Position numbers and translations under genes: made by a program. Below the pieces are notes generated by a model, which saw nothing but the letters and a program-made list of their open reading frames with translations, was not told the origin of the DNA and searched no databases. This document shows positions 1-14,860 of a stretch of 64,000 nucleotides of DNA, piece by piece; position 1 is the first letter of the stretch, and each line of letters begins with the position of its first letter. This stretch comes from Ylistrum balloti (Eukaryota), in NCBI RefSeq assembly GCF_031769215.1, contig NW_026781981.1:62001-126000 (forward strand). Reading direction: 5' to 3'.

Positions 1-395
1 TCCCTAGTAACCAACAAAATACTAACAATACAACAACACAATATAGCAATACTTTATGTGGGAAAAGGATATTGCTTTCTTAATTCGTCAGGTTTGTTGT
101 TACATTTCTCTTGGGAATATGTGTCTTGGTCAAGGTTTCTAGGTCACCAAAAGGATTTATCTTCATGACTGCCCTAATTACATCCATACATTAGATGATG
201 AAACCATCACCTCCTATTGAGTGAGAATGGGTGGCTTCAGTCCGAGGGTTGTCAAGTGATTGCCAGCTTAATAATCTTCCCTCGATGATTTGATCTGTTA
301 CCCTCTGACCTTGTATACATGTAATGCTGTTGTTTTGTCATTGCTGACGAAATGTCAATGGATTGTTGCTGTGGTATCAAATCATTGTCTCCTTA

Positions 396-650
396 CAGTC
401 GTTATTTCGACATGAATATTCTCGTTATTACGTGTTACCCCATTGTTACGACTTCAGGTTTCTCGTTATTACAAGTTAGTTAGCTAAAAGCCGATTAGTA
501 CTACATAAAAATATTTTTAAAAAATCGTCTTATATAGCTCAAGTCGAAATAACGAGAAAACTTGCTTAATAACTCGTTATAACATGATAACGAAACTCGT
601 TATAACGAGATAAGTTTTATTTCTCTTATGCTACTAATCGGCTTCAGTAT
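396..650. mobile_element. MITE-like relic (Tc1/mariner-pogo type)
   Basis: Starts TA-CAGTC. Internal inverted pairs TCGTTATTTCGAC/GTCGAAATAACGA and AGCCGATTAGTA/TACTAATCGGCT, plus palindromic CTCGTTATAACGAG. Confidence 0.4.
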
Positions 651-805
651 TATTATGTGTAAAATTAAATGCGTAAAGCGCCTTGAGGCGCAGGAATCGT
701 CACTGTTCATACACCGTCCACGTGTTTTTGTTTACACACAATACGCTTCGTCTTGCACTTGAACAAGGAAAACGGTATAGGAGAAAAATAATCATTCGCT
801 TCCTT

Positions 806-924
806 AATGGTGAGATGGGGATCTCAACCCTCGGGGGACGATTACTGAGCTATCAAATTCTCGGCAAGTCTCGTGTTTGACAAGTAAATAATCCCCTTGG
901 GTTTGAATCCGATATTTCACTATA
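806..924. repeat. Imperfect palindrome/hairpin of about 120 bp
   Basis: The left arm aatggtgagatggggatctcaaccctcggggg..gatta resembles the reverse complement of taatccccttgggtttgaatccgatatttcactata. Confidence 0.4.
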
Positions 925-2595
925 AAGGGGGATAACAGATTCTATTTAATCTCACCCTTACGATAACTTTGATACGTGTACCTGTCCAAGTAAGGAGAAA
1001 GATTCGTATACACAATATCATACAAATAAACACGTATATACAAACCACTAAACATCAATTAACCAGAATGTGTACTCCATTAAAAATATCAGATGTGTTT
1101 TTTTTTAAATCATTGTTTAAAACACTCTAACATTATTTATGATCCCATATTAACCTGCACAGACATGCAAACAGTTCCATGTCTTGTTCAAGAAAGTGTC
1201 TATATATAGATTTCACTTTTAAACCTATAGGAAATGTTTTCCTTCAACCTGATCAATACGACGATAATTTACTATGGCCTTGTAATGCTCCCGACAAAAG
1301 CTGGTTTATGTACGGAGACGCCATCTTTACTATATATACGCTGTTGCTCTAGCATTAAATTTTATATATCAACCAGACTACAGGGGAAATTGATTTTAAA
1401 AGTAACTATCTGGGAAACGTGCCTTAACATACTGTCAATTTGTGACTATATTTGAAATTAGAAATATGAGTTTAAATAATTAATGTGAATTGCTATTTCC
1501 TCTATATTCGTAGTCATAGTGATGAAATGATCATGTGACCTGTCACCATGTACAGTACTGCAGCACGTACGTCTACGCAATTATATATTTACGAAGACGA
1601 AAACACAAAATACTGCTCATTAAAACTGAGAAAACATGAACTATCGACATTGTAAAAGATAAAACAAAATCAACAACAACTCATCATACTCCAGTAAACA
1701 ATCATTTGGTCTAGCACCAAATGACTCAGAACTTTGACAACTGCTTTATTAGTCGTCACATCCGGTACTGCACATGGAAAAGGTATTTGATGGCATCCAT
1801 GCTTTTGTAGGGATTCAATGGAGTTAATAAAAATCTCTTCGTCCGGTAATTTTGTTCAACATAACAAATACTTCTTAAGGAAAGAAATGCAATGTTAGTA
1901 GAATTTTCTTACCAAGATTACGAAAAAAAATTATTCACTTTTTAGCTAAGTCTTTTCTTCTGGAAAAGAAAATATTTTTTGTTTTAGCTGGTAAGTATTC
2001 ATCATTCACGTTATCGCTAAGTATTGCATATCAGTATCATAGCACTGTATATTCTAATTATTTCGGTGAAAATAAAAAGATTTTAAAAGATTTTTTTTTT
2101 CATTTTACTTTGGAAACTTTGCTGATTATGTTCAAAATACATTTTTGTCTTTTCATTTTTATGATACTGTATTACATACTAGGGTAAGATTGATATGTCC
2201 TTATAACTTGCAACTTTCAGAAAGACAATTACCATCCACGCCATGTAACAGACGATCACACTGTATAAGAGAACACATGCTATCTTTCCATTTCCTCGCG
2301 CTGAGTAAATTTGTAATATATGGTGCCTTTTGTTCAATTTTCTAAAAAGCCTCTTAAAAACCATAAGTGATGTCGGAATATTCACATGTTCTAACAAACA
2401 GTCGGATATTTGTTTTCTCTTGAAACATTCCCGCCATTACTATTTGTGTTAGGAACAAGAAAAAGTCTCTTAGATCTTGTGCGCTTTTGATTTTAACAGC
2501 CAACTGTTCTTATGGTAACCTATTAACTCGCCGAAGGTGTTTATTCTCCATAGGGAGCATCGTCTGTCAGTGCAAGAAAATGGTGCTATTCAAGT

Positions 2596-4812
2596 CTGTC
2601 AATACACTCGTGTAAGGAGGTGAACCACAGGTACATTGTACTAGTCTCGTCTGTCAATACACTCCTGTAAGGAGGTGAACCACAGGTACATTGTACTAGT
2701 CTCGTCTGTCAATACACTCCTGTAAGGAGGTGAACCACAGGTACATTGTACTAGTCTCGTCTGTCAATACACTCATGTAAGGAGGTGAACCACAGGTACA
2801 TTGTACTAGTCTCGTCTGTCAATACACACATGTAAGGAGGTGAACCACAGGTACATTGTACTAGTCTCGTCTGTCAATACACTCATGTAAGTGAACCACA
2901 GGTACATTGTACTAGTCTCGTCTGTCAATACACTCATGTAAGTGAACCACAGGTACATTGTACTAGTCTCGTCTGTCAATACACTCATGTAAGTGAACCA
3001 CAGGTACATTGTACTAGTCTCGTCTGTCAATACACTCATGTAAGGAGGTGAACCACAGGTACATTGTACTAGTCTCGTCTGTCAATACACTCATGTAAGG
3101 AGGTGAACCACAGGTACATTGTACTAGTCCCGTCTGTCAATACACTCATGTAAGGAGGTGAACCACAGGTACATTGTACTAGTCTCGTCTGTCAATACAC
3201 TCATGTAAGGAGGTGAACCACAGGTACATTGTACTAGTCTCGTCTGTCAATACACTCATGTAAGGAGGTGAACCACAGGTACATTGTACTAGTCTCGTCT
3301 GTCAATACACTCATGTAAGGAGGTGAACCACAGGTACATTGTACTAGTCTCGTTTGTCAATACACTCATGTAAGGAGGTGAACCATAGGTACATTGTACT
3401 AGTCTCGTCTGTCAATACACTCATGTAAGGAGGTGAACCACAGGTACATTGTACTAGTCTCGTCTGTCAATACACTCATGTAAGGAGGTGAACCACAGGT
3501 ACATCGTACTAGTCTCGTCTGTCAATCATGTAAGGTCAATACACTCATGGTGAACCACAGGTACATTGTACTAGTCTCGTCTGTCAATACACTCATGTAA
3601 GGAGGTGAACCACAGGTCGTCTGTCAATACACATTGTACTAGTCTCGTCTGTCAATACACTCATGTAAGGAGGTGAACCACAGGTACATTGTACTAGTCT
3701 CGTCTGTCAATGAACCACAGGTACATTGTACTAGTCTGAGTAAGGAGGTGAACCACAGGTACATTGTACTAGTCTCGTCTGTCAATACACTCATGTAAGG
3801 AGGTGAACCACAGGTACATTGTACTAGTCTCGTCTGTCAATACACTCATGTAAGGAGGTGAACCACAGGTACATTGTACTAGTCTCGTCTGTCAATACAC
3901 TCATGTAAGGAGGTGAACCACAGGTACATTGTACTAGTCTCGTCTGTCAATACACTCATGTAAGGAGGTGAACCACAGGTACATTGTACTAGTTTCGTCT
4001 GTCAATACACTCATGTAAGGAGGTGAACCACAGGTACATCGTACTAGTCTCGTCTGTCAATACTCTCATGTTAGGGGGTGAACCACAGGTACATTGTACT
4101 AGTCCCGTCTGTCAATACACTCATGTAAGGAGGTGAACCACAGGTACATTGTACTAGTCTCGTCTGTCAATACACTCATGTAAGGAGGTGAACCACAGGT
4201 ACATTGTACTAGTCTCGTCTGTCAATACACTCGTACTAGTCTAGTCTGCCCAAACACTCATGTAAGTGAACAACAGGTACATTGTACTAGTCCCGTCTGT
4301 CAATACACTCATGTAAGGAGGTGAACCACAGGTACATTGTACTAGTCTCGTCTGTCAATACACTCATGTAAGGAGGTGAACCACAGGTACATCGTACTAG
4401 TCTCGTCTGTCAATACTCTCATGTTAGGGGTGAACCACAGGTACATTGTACTAGTCTCGTCTGTCAATACACTCATGTAAGGAGGTGAACCACAGGTACA
4501 TTGTACTAGTCTCGTTTGTCAATACACTCATGTAAGGAGGTGAACCATAGGTACATTGTACTAGTCTCGTCTGTCAATACTCTCATGTTAGGGGGTGAAC
4601 CACAGGTACATCGTACTAGTCTCGTCTGTCAATACTCTCATGTTAGGGGGTGAACCACAGGTACATGGTACTAATCTCGTCTGTCAATACCCTCATGTAT
4701 GTGAACCACAGGTACATTGTACTAGTCTCGTCTGTCAATACCCTCATGTATGTGAACCACAGGTACATTGTACTAGTCTCGTCTGTCAATACCCTCAAGT
4801 AAGGAGGTGAAC
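2596..4812. repeat. Minisatellite, 55-bp unit, about 40 copies
   Basis: Unit GTGAACCACAGGTACATTGTACTAGTCTCGTCTGTCAATACACTCATGTAAGGAG, with 51-bp variants (lacking GGAG) and scrambled units near 3520-3740. Confidence 0.97.
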
Positions 4813-4819
4813 CAATGAA

Positions 4820-5650
4820 ACACCCAGAATTCGAGATACCTGTGAATGTTCACTAAACCAAGATATTTCCCTGGAAGAGGTCTGATTCGACAGGTAAATA
4901 GGTTTTCCTGTAATTCGGTATAGAACTTATTTTTAATTATGCCATAAAACTGTCGCCAGACTTCGTCAAACATTGTTGTCAAATATCAGATAATCGGAAA
5001 GTCATATGACAGTGAATAAGACCTTGAATCCCTATAAACTACCTTTAAAAACACGTTCACAGACATGTACATAATTCAACTTCAGTTCCAATTTGTGGAA
5101 ATTTCGATCCATATCCTGTGAAATATAGCAGCTTAGATTTAAATCTCCTGTTACACATTATTAATGAAGTCGCCATTTTGGCACGATGAAATTGAAATTG
5201 GTGTACCCAGAATAACGTGACAATTAATGCCGAATTTTCATGAGTTTGAGCAATCAACGCCGAGTTTACAAAAGTTTATGTTGCCATGAATCAAAATTTC
5301 CGGCGAAAACTGTGTACCGGAAGTTTAAATACGACCTGCATTTCAAAATGTACAAGGTAATCAGGAAATGGCTTCTCAAACACTGCACTGAAGTCAAATC
5401 GTTTGCATGTCATGTGAAGTGTTCTCGAAGCTTATTTGTATGGATTCTGTGTCTGATTTCTCTGCCAGACGACTTTCCGACATAAATTTTACCATGTTTG
5501 ATGCAGTCTGGCGACAGTTTTAGGGCATAAACCATATAACAAATAACAAATAATAAAAATCATCTGTCGATCCAGATCACAACCAGACTCCTCGAACGGT
5601 TTAGTGACAAACACAAGATTCTCTAAATGAGGTCGTTTCTCTGGGTCGAT
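4820..5650. mobile_element. Foldback/MITE-like non-autonomous element with imperfect inverted arms of about 200 bp
   Basis: TTATGCCATAAAACTGTCGCCAGACTTCGTCAAACAT (4937) matches the reverse complement of ATGTTTGATGCAGTCTGGCGACAGTTTTAGGGCATAA (ending 5530). Further matched blocks: TCGGAAAGTC, GAATCC, TCACTAAACC, TCGACAG, ACCCAG. Confidence 0.7.
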
Positions 5651-8600
5651 TGAGTTTCACACCAAAACGAGATTAGTGCTTGAGAGTGAACCCGGTAGAT
5701 GTTTAAGGCAAGCAACAACAGCAAATATTGTGTCTCTTGACCGAAGTTCAATCTTACACTTAGCATTTTCTCTATAATGAACCTATAAATAGCGCGTTAA
5801 CCGACTTTAGGTGACCTAATTCTGTTTACTTCTAAATTTCTCAATGTTATATTCATTCCGCCGGTATCAAGGTTCGACCACCTCTGTAAAACATAACGGC
5901 CTTTATTCACAGAAATTTAATCAGAAGCCAGTGAAAAGTTAACATTACAAACTGTTCGTGTGAAGTTATATTTCCCTGAAAAACTATTCCATAATGAGTT
6001 AAATAGAGCTAATTAGCTGAGTCCCAAAGCCGTTGCCTTTACAGGAAAGCGTTGATTACATCGTTCATAGCTTCGTGTTGAATTTCCAATTACTTCAATG
6101 AAAAATTTGCTTTTGTCGGAGCGCCAGCTGGGGTTTTGCTGTAGTTTATAGCTAGTTCCTATAATTTACACGACGCATTTCATTCGATAAATAAATTCAC
6201 CACAAGAAAATGTTATCTCGTGTGTCAGAAAACAGGCCTGGTTATATATCCAATGATGCATTTTCAAGAGGTATGTATTGTTCAATCTGATTTTCTGTTT
6301 CATTGCCCGAGAAAACATGCCTGTATTTCTTGGTTAAGGATAACAACCAAGGATAAACATTATACGTTTTTAATCGTATCGAGGGAACAGATTAATGTTT
6401 ATAAGATTCGTGTGCATCGACCATTTCAGTAAAACGAAAGGAAGAAAATATCGGTAAATAAACTTGAAATTGTAGTCAAAATTCAAAATCGATGAAATGA
6501 GATTAAAAATTCATAAGGAGAAAAAGACCAGGCGTCCGTAAATGTAAACCTTTTCCGCTAAATCGACCATCACCTTGGTCAACTGGAATATGTTAATATC
6601 ACGTTATTCAATGAGAAAATTGTAAACAACGACGAAACCACAAGACACATTAACGGGTCTAACTTAATATCACACAACAAAATAAAATATTTACAAATGA
6701 GGTCACGGTGGTGACCAAAATTATGTCACATTAATATATGTAGCTATCGACGTCTTTTTTTATCTAAATAATGATATTGGGAACAAAGACTTCAACATCG
6801 AAACAACTTTGACATGTAAATACCATAGGCTAAGAAAGAGGGATGTTACTATCTAAAATGGGAAAGTTGACTCTCATATATCATACAACATGACAGCCAA
6901 ATGTTATATTCGCTGTCAGAAAAAGGTGGAGATTAGCGATATATGAAGAAGAGTTTGTCATGTTCTTTATCTTTGATGGACATGACTAATACATTTCTTG
7001 TTGTTGAAAGACATTTCACAAATCGAAGGACTATGAATGATTTTTGCTCTCTGCTTTGATACGTTCTTCTATCTAAGTCAAGTTGTTTACTATATACGGT
7101 TACATATGTCGATAAACACCAACCAATGACTGCCATACTGCCCTATGATGACGCATGCTTACACGGTCTCTGGTTTAACCAAAGGACACATTGGTTGTAC
7201 TACAGTTTTCTACACATTCGAATCATGCCTTATGTGTTTCAATGCATTTTAAGCTACTTAAACTCAAATCACATTTATCAAACTAATATACAACAAAACA
7301 TCACTATGCGTTGCATAGCAAACGCAATTTACTTAACATCCATAAGCGTTACGATGACACAAAAACTAGTTGACTAAGTTTGAGAGGTTCGTTTTGCTAA
7401 TGTCATAGTGAACTACATTTTTCGTATCAGCGATATTACCACGATAGAAAGAGTACATCGAACGATAGTACACGATAGTGTAGAATATAGAGTTTGAAGA
7501 GAGTGCACACAGTGAACAATATTATATGATATATTGAGAGTAGTACCACGAGAATGTTTAGAGTTAACATCAAAGTTGTGTCATCTGGAACGAATATGAA
7601 TGCCACACTATATCGTTCAATAAGGAAACAAATGCCTCATTTATTTTTAACGTTGTGACGATAGCTACTTCTCCTTGGTAATCATAAAGAATGATAATAT
7701 GGTGACAGAAGATGTGCTTTTATCCACAGTAGTGAGAGCAGGAAAGTTTCGTGCAACGAAAATGTCTCTGTGGTGCCTGATTGCTCTCACTACATACACT
7801 CTAGGATAGAAGTCAGGAACCACCCATACCTTAGAGTGGGCTTAATTTTGCTCTCTGTATTTAAGAACCTTATAAGATTATTCGATTATTCAACAGGATA
7901 TACAGGAATGTTTTTGGCTTTTTACGAAACACAGCCGACAGGAAATTAACTTTATGGAACCGGAAGTACTGTATCATGTTAAAAGACGTGCTCAAAAATG
8001 CATTCCCCAAGTCCAGAACAAATGTTTTACTCAAACTGCCTCTTATTGTCACCAAATCACCAAATCATGTTACTTGATATAAGACTAACTAATCAACGAG
8101 TGTTATTGGGTGTGAAAATATCAGTATCGCCTCTAGTGCAATTCTTGCACTCGTCGACCGATACCATTGACTAGACGCCGAAGCTTGTACTGAGGAAACC
8201 CCTGTCACTTCTGAATCAATGCTGCACGTAATTCTCCAATTGTTTGTCAAATTTGGATCCACGTGCTTTGACTTCTTGTCAGAGAAAATCCCATACTTGC
8301 TTAATTGGAATCATTCTTGGTGACACTGAAGGTCACGGGAGCATCTCTATAACTTTTTGTCGGAGATAGTCTTATGCTTGGCCCTGTGTGTTTTTTTTGC
8401 ATTGCCGTCTATAACTAAAAGCCGATATGCCAATGGATGCGCGTAAAAATGCGCAACAACCAAAGGTAGAAGGATCTTACCACGATATCTATGCCCATTC
8501 AGATTAATATAAAGCATGCAAGTGAAGGTCACGGTTTAGAGAAAAGCATCACCTAAACACTAACACCGCCATCATCAAATCAAATACTGCTTGTGCCTTC

Positions 8601-10111
8601 CAGTCAACAGATGAAGTTTTAATGGTTGGTAAGAGCAATGTCGACTATTGTTCATTGACCTTCCACTGTCCTCTGAGCCTGTTGGCAGTGGCGGATGGGG
8701 TTCGCCTGTCTACTAGGATATACAGAAGTGTCTATCTGTAGTCTTTGATGTCTATCAGACCTGGGACGCTCGTCGACACGAGTTCAGACGCTGCATTAAC
8801 CGAAATTAGACAAAAAAGGAATGACATTGAAATGTGCAGCAACTTGCCTGTATGCCATACCACATCGAATCATTCCAGAAGCTTGCCATCAGCTTTTGAC
8901 CATTTTCGACATGCCATTTTTAAATATAGTACGATCACGTGCATGGTTTAAGCAGCAGTAATACATGTGCAGACGCTGCTTTAGGTGGCAAAGCAAGCTT
9001 TTTAGTGTTAGTGTACGGGTACTCGCTTGGTGGCATATGGCACCAAACAGAAAAGGAGACAAGGGATACGACAAGGCTTATTCTAACAAACAAAAAATTA
9101 ATTTTGATTCAAAGTTTTCTGATTGAAATTGAGTCCTTACCTTGTGGCCAAGACTAAGACTAAGAAATACAGTGTAACATGTTTACATATACATATATGT
9201 ATATCTAAATCACAATAGGCAGGTCTCGATTGTCAACATTGAATTATTAGATTCAACAACTATTCCAACGAGACCAAATATTTCATTGGAGATAGCATTC
9301 GTCTCAAACACCGACAAGTGAAGATTTTTGTGGAATTCCATTGGATAAATCTGACACACAGTTACATCACATCCCTTGATCAGTCTCGCTTTGTAACATT
9401 TTATTTATTGTTCTACTATATCAACCTGAAAAGGAGTTAGTGGGGTATGGTTGGTGTCAGAGTAGATATATATAAACCACTGTCACCTTGTCCTGGTGAA
9501 GGCCCTGACCTACCAGTGAATTGTAGATCAAAAAGGCTTAAGCTGTCATTCTTTATTGAACTACAGAGAGAAATGTACTCGGTAATATGGTGTAAAATCG
9601 TGATAAAGACGGGAAGCTATGTTTGAGACGAATGGTCTTCACAACATTCATGGTTATATGGCAACCGTTGTGTGTGTGTGGTTTTTATCTGAATAAATTG
9701 TGTTATTGACAGAAAGACGGAATTTTTTTCATATTTTAAATGTGTCTCCGTAATATATAAGATTGTCCAACTAAGATCCGGTACAGGCAAAAAAATCTTA
9801 ACACGACGAACTAAAGTACAGACAAAAATGTTCATCACATTAAACTGTGGTATAGACACACATATGTACAGTCAGACAGAGGAAAAAGCTAGCTCGGAAG
9901 AGAAATGCAGAAGAGCGTAGATTATACACATAACGTAGACGGTTATGGACGAAAGGCTACATTTCTTCATCCTGCCTCACATCAATAATGTAGAACATCC
10001 GCAAAGAACAAAATTGATGTTAAAAAATGACAAAGAAATCAAACAAAAGCAAATCTTTCCAATATTTACCATACAAAAAATAGAATAAAGGTCCATATTT
10101 ACCGAATACGG

Positions 10112-10752
10112 GTGTTGACAAATTTACCGGGTTAGTGTGTTGACACATTTACCGCGAAAGGCTGCTAACACATTTACCGGGCAAGGGTGTTGACACGCGT
10201 AAGGTTGCTAACCCATTTACCTGGTAAGGATGTTGACACGCGTAAGGTTGCTAACCCATTTACCTGGTAAGGGTGTTGACAAGCGTAAGGTTGCTAACCC
10301 ATTTACCGGATAAAAGTGTTAACACGTTTTCCGGGTAAGGGTGTTAACCCATTTACCGAGTAAGGTTGCTAACGCATTTACCGGGTTAGTGTGATGACAC
10401 ATTTACCGGAAAGGCTGCTAACACATTTACCGGGTAATGGTGTGGACACGCGTAAGGTTGCTAACCCTTTTACCGGGTAAGGGTGTTGACACGCGTAAGG
10501 TTGCTAACCCATTTACCGGATAAGGGTGTTGACACGCGTAAGGTTGCTAACCCATTTACCGGATAAGGGTGTTGACACGCGTAAGGTTGCTAACCCTTTT
10601 ACCTGGTAAGGGTGTAGACAAGCGTACGGTCGCTAAAACATTTATCGGGAAATTGTGTTGACACATTTACTGGGTAAGGTTGCTAAAACATTTACCGGAT
10701 AAGGGTGTTGACACGTGTTAGGTTGCTAACACATTTTACCGGGTAAGGGTGA
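10112..10752. repeat. Minisatellite with 25-bp and 18-bp subunits (43-bp composite)
   Basis: CATTTACCGGRTAAGGGTGTTGACA + CGCGTAAGGTTGCTAACC repeated with variable subunit order. Confidence 0.9.
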
Positions 10753-11039
10753 TGAATTAATGAAGTCAGAAAAAGAAATGTCATAATTCTGACAGCAAAA
10801 TAAAGAAGGAAAACATGAAACTGATTCGACTTACTAACGAGGTCACGTGGTCAGATATTTGATTACATTAACATCCACGACGGAAGTTCATTTAGTATAC
10901 GAGCACTAGAAGAACATCGTCTTATCTTTAATCAGATGAGTAAGTTTGGAGTATTCAAAATAAACGTTATTACTGCAGTCTTACCAATATCTGTTCAGCG
11001 ATAATGATCAAACGCTACTAGAGTAGTCCACTGATACAA

Positions 11040-11600
11040 ACACTGTTAATGTGTAGTTATACCAAATGTGTACACAACGTTAATGTGTAATTATACTAAA
11101 TGTGTACACACCGTCAATGTGTAGTTATACCAAATGTGTACACACCGTAAATGTGTAGTTATACCAAATGTGTACACCTGTTAATGTGTAATTACATCAA
11201 ATATTTGCACCTGATAATGTGTAATTACATCAAATGTATACACCTGTTAATGTGTAATTACATCAAATATTTACACCTGTTAATGTGTAATTACATCAAA
11301 TGAATACACCTGTTAATGTGTAATTACATCAAATGAATACACCTGTTAATGTGTAATTACATCAAATGTATACACCTGTTAATGTGTGATCACATCCAAG
11401 TTTAACACACCGAAAATGTGTAATAATTCATACCAATGTATACACAGCATTAATGTGTAATCACACCATGTTTTCACACATTTCATTCAGAATCTCGACC
11501 AAATGTACACACCGATAATTTATAATCCCACTCTATGTATATAGAAAATAATATGTAATAATCACTGCCATTGTGTAAACACTGTTAATGTGTCATTGCT
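11040..11600. repeat. Minisatellite, 33-34-bp unit, degenerating distally
   Basis: CTGTTAATGTGTAATTACATCAAATGTATACAC and variants. Confidence 0.9.
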
Positions 11601-14600
11601 CCTCATGTTTACAAAACGTTCGCCCCCATGGGAACATACTGTTAATGTATTATTCTAACCAGACTTGTATAATGGCTGTTATACAGTAACAAAATAAATA
11701 TGACGAAGGCTGGGTTTGTTACAGCGACAGATATTTGTGTAAGGGAGACAAACAGTTTAAATGAGAAATAGTTTTGTTACAAATGACAAAAAAAAAGTAT
11801 TTAGGACGACGGCAGATAACCACTACACATAACAAGAATAGAGTAAATAGCGTTCAACCAGCATCATGAGTTGGAATTTGTCTCGGTCATTCGGTTGTGA
11901 AATGGAGATAATGTTTATGTCGTAACCATTTTTTCTGGCGCAAAACAAAAGTCGAAAGAGATTTCATAAATCATATTCTGATATATCTGAAACTATATAG
12001 TAGTAGCAACAGGTCGTACAAAAAGGCTTTGATGTTGAGTGAAGTAAGATACTAGTTAGGATCAAGCACGTGCATCGCACAGGTGTAAAACGTACATGCG
12101 TCTACGTATCAGTGCAGACTTACCGTATGTAAACAGAAGTGTTAATGACAGCAGGTACAAACTCCGTAATTCCATAATTCCTGTGTACAATAGGCAGTTA
12201 TGTGTTACGGTGGCTCACAGCCACTGAATCACGCTACACTACACTGCAGAATGGAGCGAATCTGTGACGAGCTATTTAGACCTCGCCTGACACATGCCCG
12301 ACCTAGGAAACTAATTAGATTTGCACATTTCTCTGTAGATCGTGCTTATATTGACTAAACTCACGTTCGCTCTCTCGTGCTCTCTATCTATAATGGACAA
12401 TCCTTAACGTACATGTGGTTGACAGTTGGAGTACGGGAGTTGAACGAAATCTTGTTTCCACCAAATAGTCATCAGCGTCATTGGAATTAACTTTGCAGTC
12501 TAAAGTTTCCCTAAAACAACGGCACAGATATGTGGTTTGTAATTAAGTTGTCTGAGAACATCGCTCCCCTACAGGAAATATTGGACAGAGTGACTAATTC
12601 CATTCCGCCTCTTTGGTAAGCCTCACTGTCGCGCATTCCTAGTCTCTGGTCAATTTCACTGTGTTTTGATACATACAAATGTATATTGTATATTTCAAAG
12701 CCTTACAACACATACATGTAAAGGCATCTCTGCGATTTGGTTTAGACGTTTCTGCTGGACGAATCCCACCAGTGTTTATAGAGGAGATTTAACAGTACAT
12801 CGACGGCTTATTCATGGGGTTTGGCGTGGAACGAATTTGAAACTGATTTTGAGATGTAGTATTTCCGTCCCCTTGGGACGTGTTAGATGTGAAGGCATTT
12901 GACATGTGCCTCTGTCACGTTGGACGGGGCGGTACCCAGGGGACAATATGGTACATAGTACGTGAAGCTAACAAACATTTAATCGATTTTTCATTTTATA
13001 GAAAATATTTTGAAGAAGGAAATCAATGTCCGATTATGTGATGTTTCTTGTTGATAGTCCGTCGTTCATGTTGTCATTGGGGAATTTAATCTCGGCGTAG
13101 AATAGGCAAGGGAGATATGGAGATAGAAATTAGGAATCAGACATGAAGGCGAGCGAACCACTAGCTACAGTCAATAAAAACAAACAGCAACCTAAACAAT
13201 CGACGATAAAAGTGTCATGCAATTATGCCGGTGTAAAACTGTGTTGATACAAGCCATTACGGCAATGAACAGCGCAATATCTCCGGGATCACCATCAACA
13301 CTGCCAACAGATAACAGCGGCGGAGTTAACAGAGGGGCGCCTCTCCTGGCTTTAAATCTTAGAAAACATAATTGTATAATAAAAAATATTTGGAGATATC
13401 TAAATGTGTGATTTCGTAATGGCATCATTTAAACAGCACTCGGGGAGAGCGTTGCTAATGCACAACTCCGGATCTAAAGCATTTCCTTACTATAGAACTT
13501 CGTTTCAGTGACCGAAGTAGGCGGTTGTACGGTACCTTAAGAGCTCCCTCTGAGCCTCTGTTCTGTTGGTCTTAATAAGTAAACAATAGCATTAGGATCA
13601 TGCTTTCAGTACTTTTGTTCGACGGCAGTAACGTAGATTTGAGAACTAACGGAATACCATTGGATTAATGTAAATAAAGATATCAGGAGATTAAGATCGA
13701 TGCTGACATTTATGTCTGTAAATGTACGCACACATTATTAGAAGGAAAACCTTTGATATCCTTGTTATCCTTGCTACTTCATAAATCAGTTTTATTTCAC
13801 AGAATTTCAATTCCGCAAGATCTCGCGAGAACCGCTAGATTAGGATAAAACCGAAGTCATAACGTTGTACGCACCTTGACACAGTGATGAACAATACATA
13901 AAGTAACACACGAGAACAACGCGTCTGTCCTGAGAGTCGAGCAGATGTTAAAATGGCAAATATGTATTTGCAAAGAAGAATGAAAAGATTATGAAACGAC
14001 AACTACGAGTCTGGTCTTCCGTATCAGATGATACAACACGATAACAAAAGATATAGGGATCACAGGACAATTAGATGTGTCTCTACCGAACAAAACAAGA
14101 TGACTTTGAAGAATTATGGGCCAATTTGCATTGCTGACGAACAGCGGGTTATAGCATTAGAGAGTTTTCGCTATTTATCATTTTCCAACAAAGCTAAACA
14201 TCGGAATACATTTCAATACTGACAGCAATAAGACAATTCTATATTAACACTAACTATTGAGATAATTTTCATTATCGTCTATAGTTGGACAATCCTTCAA
14301 CATTGCTAACCATTGAGATAATTTTTATTTATGTCTGCAGCGGACGATCGTTCAGCTATGTTAAACAGTGCACATAAAAGTAATTTCCATTGCTCATATA
14401 ATTGAACGATTCTGCATAAGAAGGTAAACATCAAGATTGATTTCGCCTTTTTTGTCAGCCATTTGACGATTTCGGATTATCCCCTAAGCTACACAGTAAA
14501 AGAAAATCTAGACATGAATCCAAAGACACAAAACTGAATTGTATTTTTTTTTCTAAATAAATAAATTCTTTTGAAATAATATAAACAGAATGCAACACAC

Positions 14601-14860
14601 TGTGTGTTGAAAGCATTTACAACATTTTCTGTAGTCAGATTGTGTTCCTGCCAATCCCATTGATTTCTGTATATCACAGCTACGGCATGGATCAATCATA
14701 TTTACAGGCATGTGTAGATAACCCTCGAGTTGCTTGTGACTTCACGAGGCATTGATTCGTAAAATATTCAATTGGCTTCGACTTTCAATTCCTGTAGACT
14801 CTAGATAAGGATAACAGAATAAATTGACCATGGTGAAGTAGGAAACTATTTTCCGAAATG

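Noticed and set aside
2596-4812. CRISPR-like look of the regular repeat array
   Set aside because: The units are head-to-tail with no unique spacers, no cas genes are present, and the context is eukaryotic.
13192-13428. Overlapping GC-richer ORFs on both strands
   Set aside because: No recognisable domain or splice context; it may be regulatory, but nothing in the sequence supports a call.
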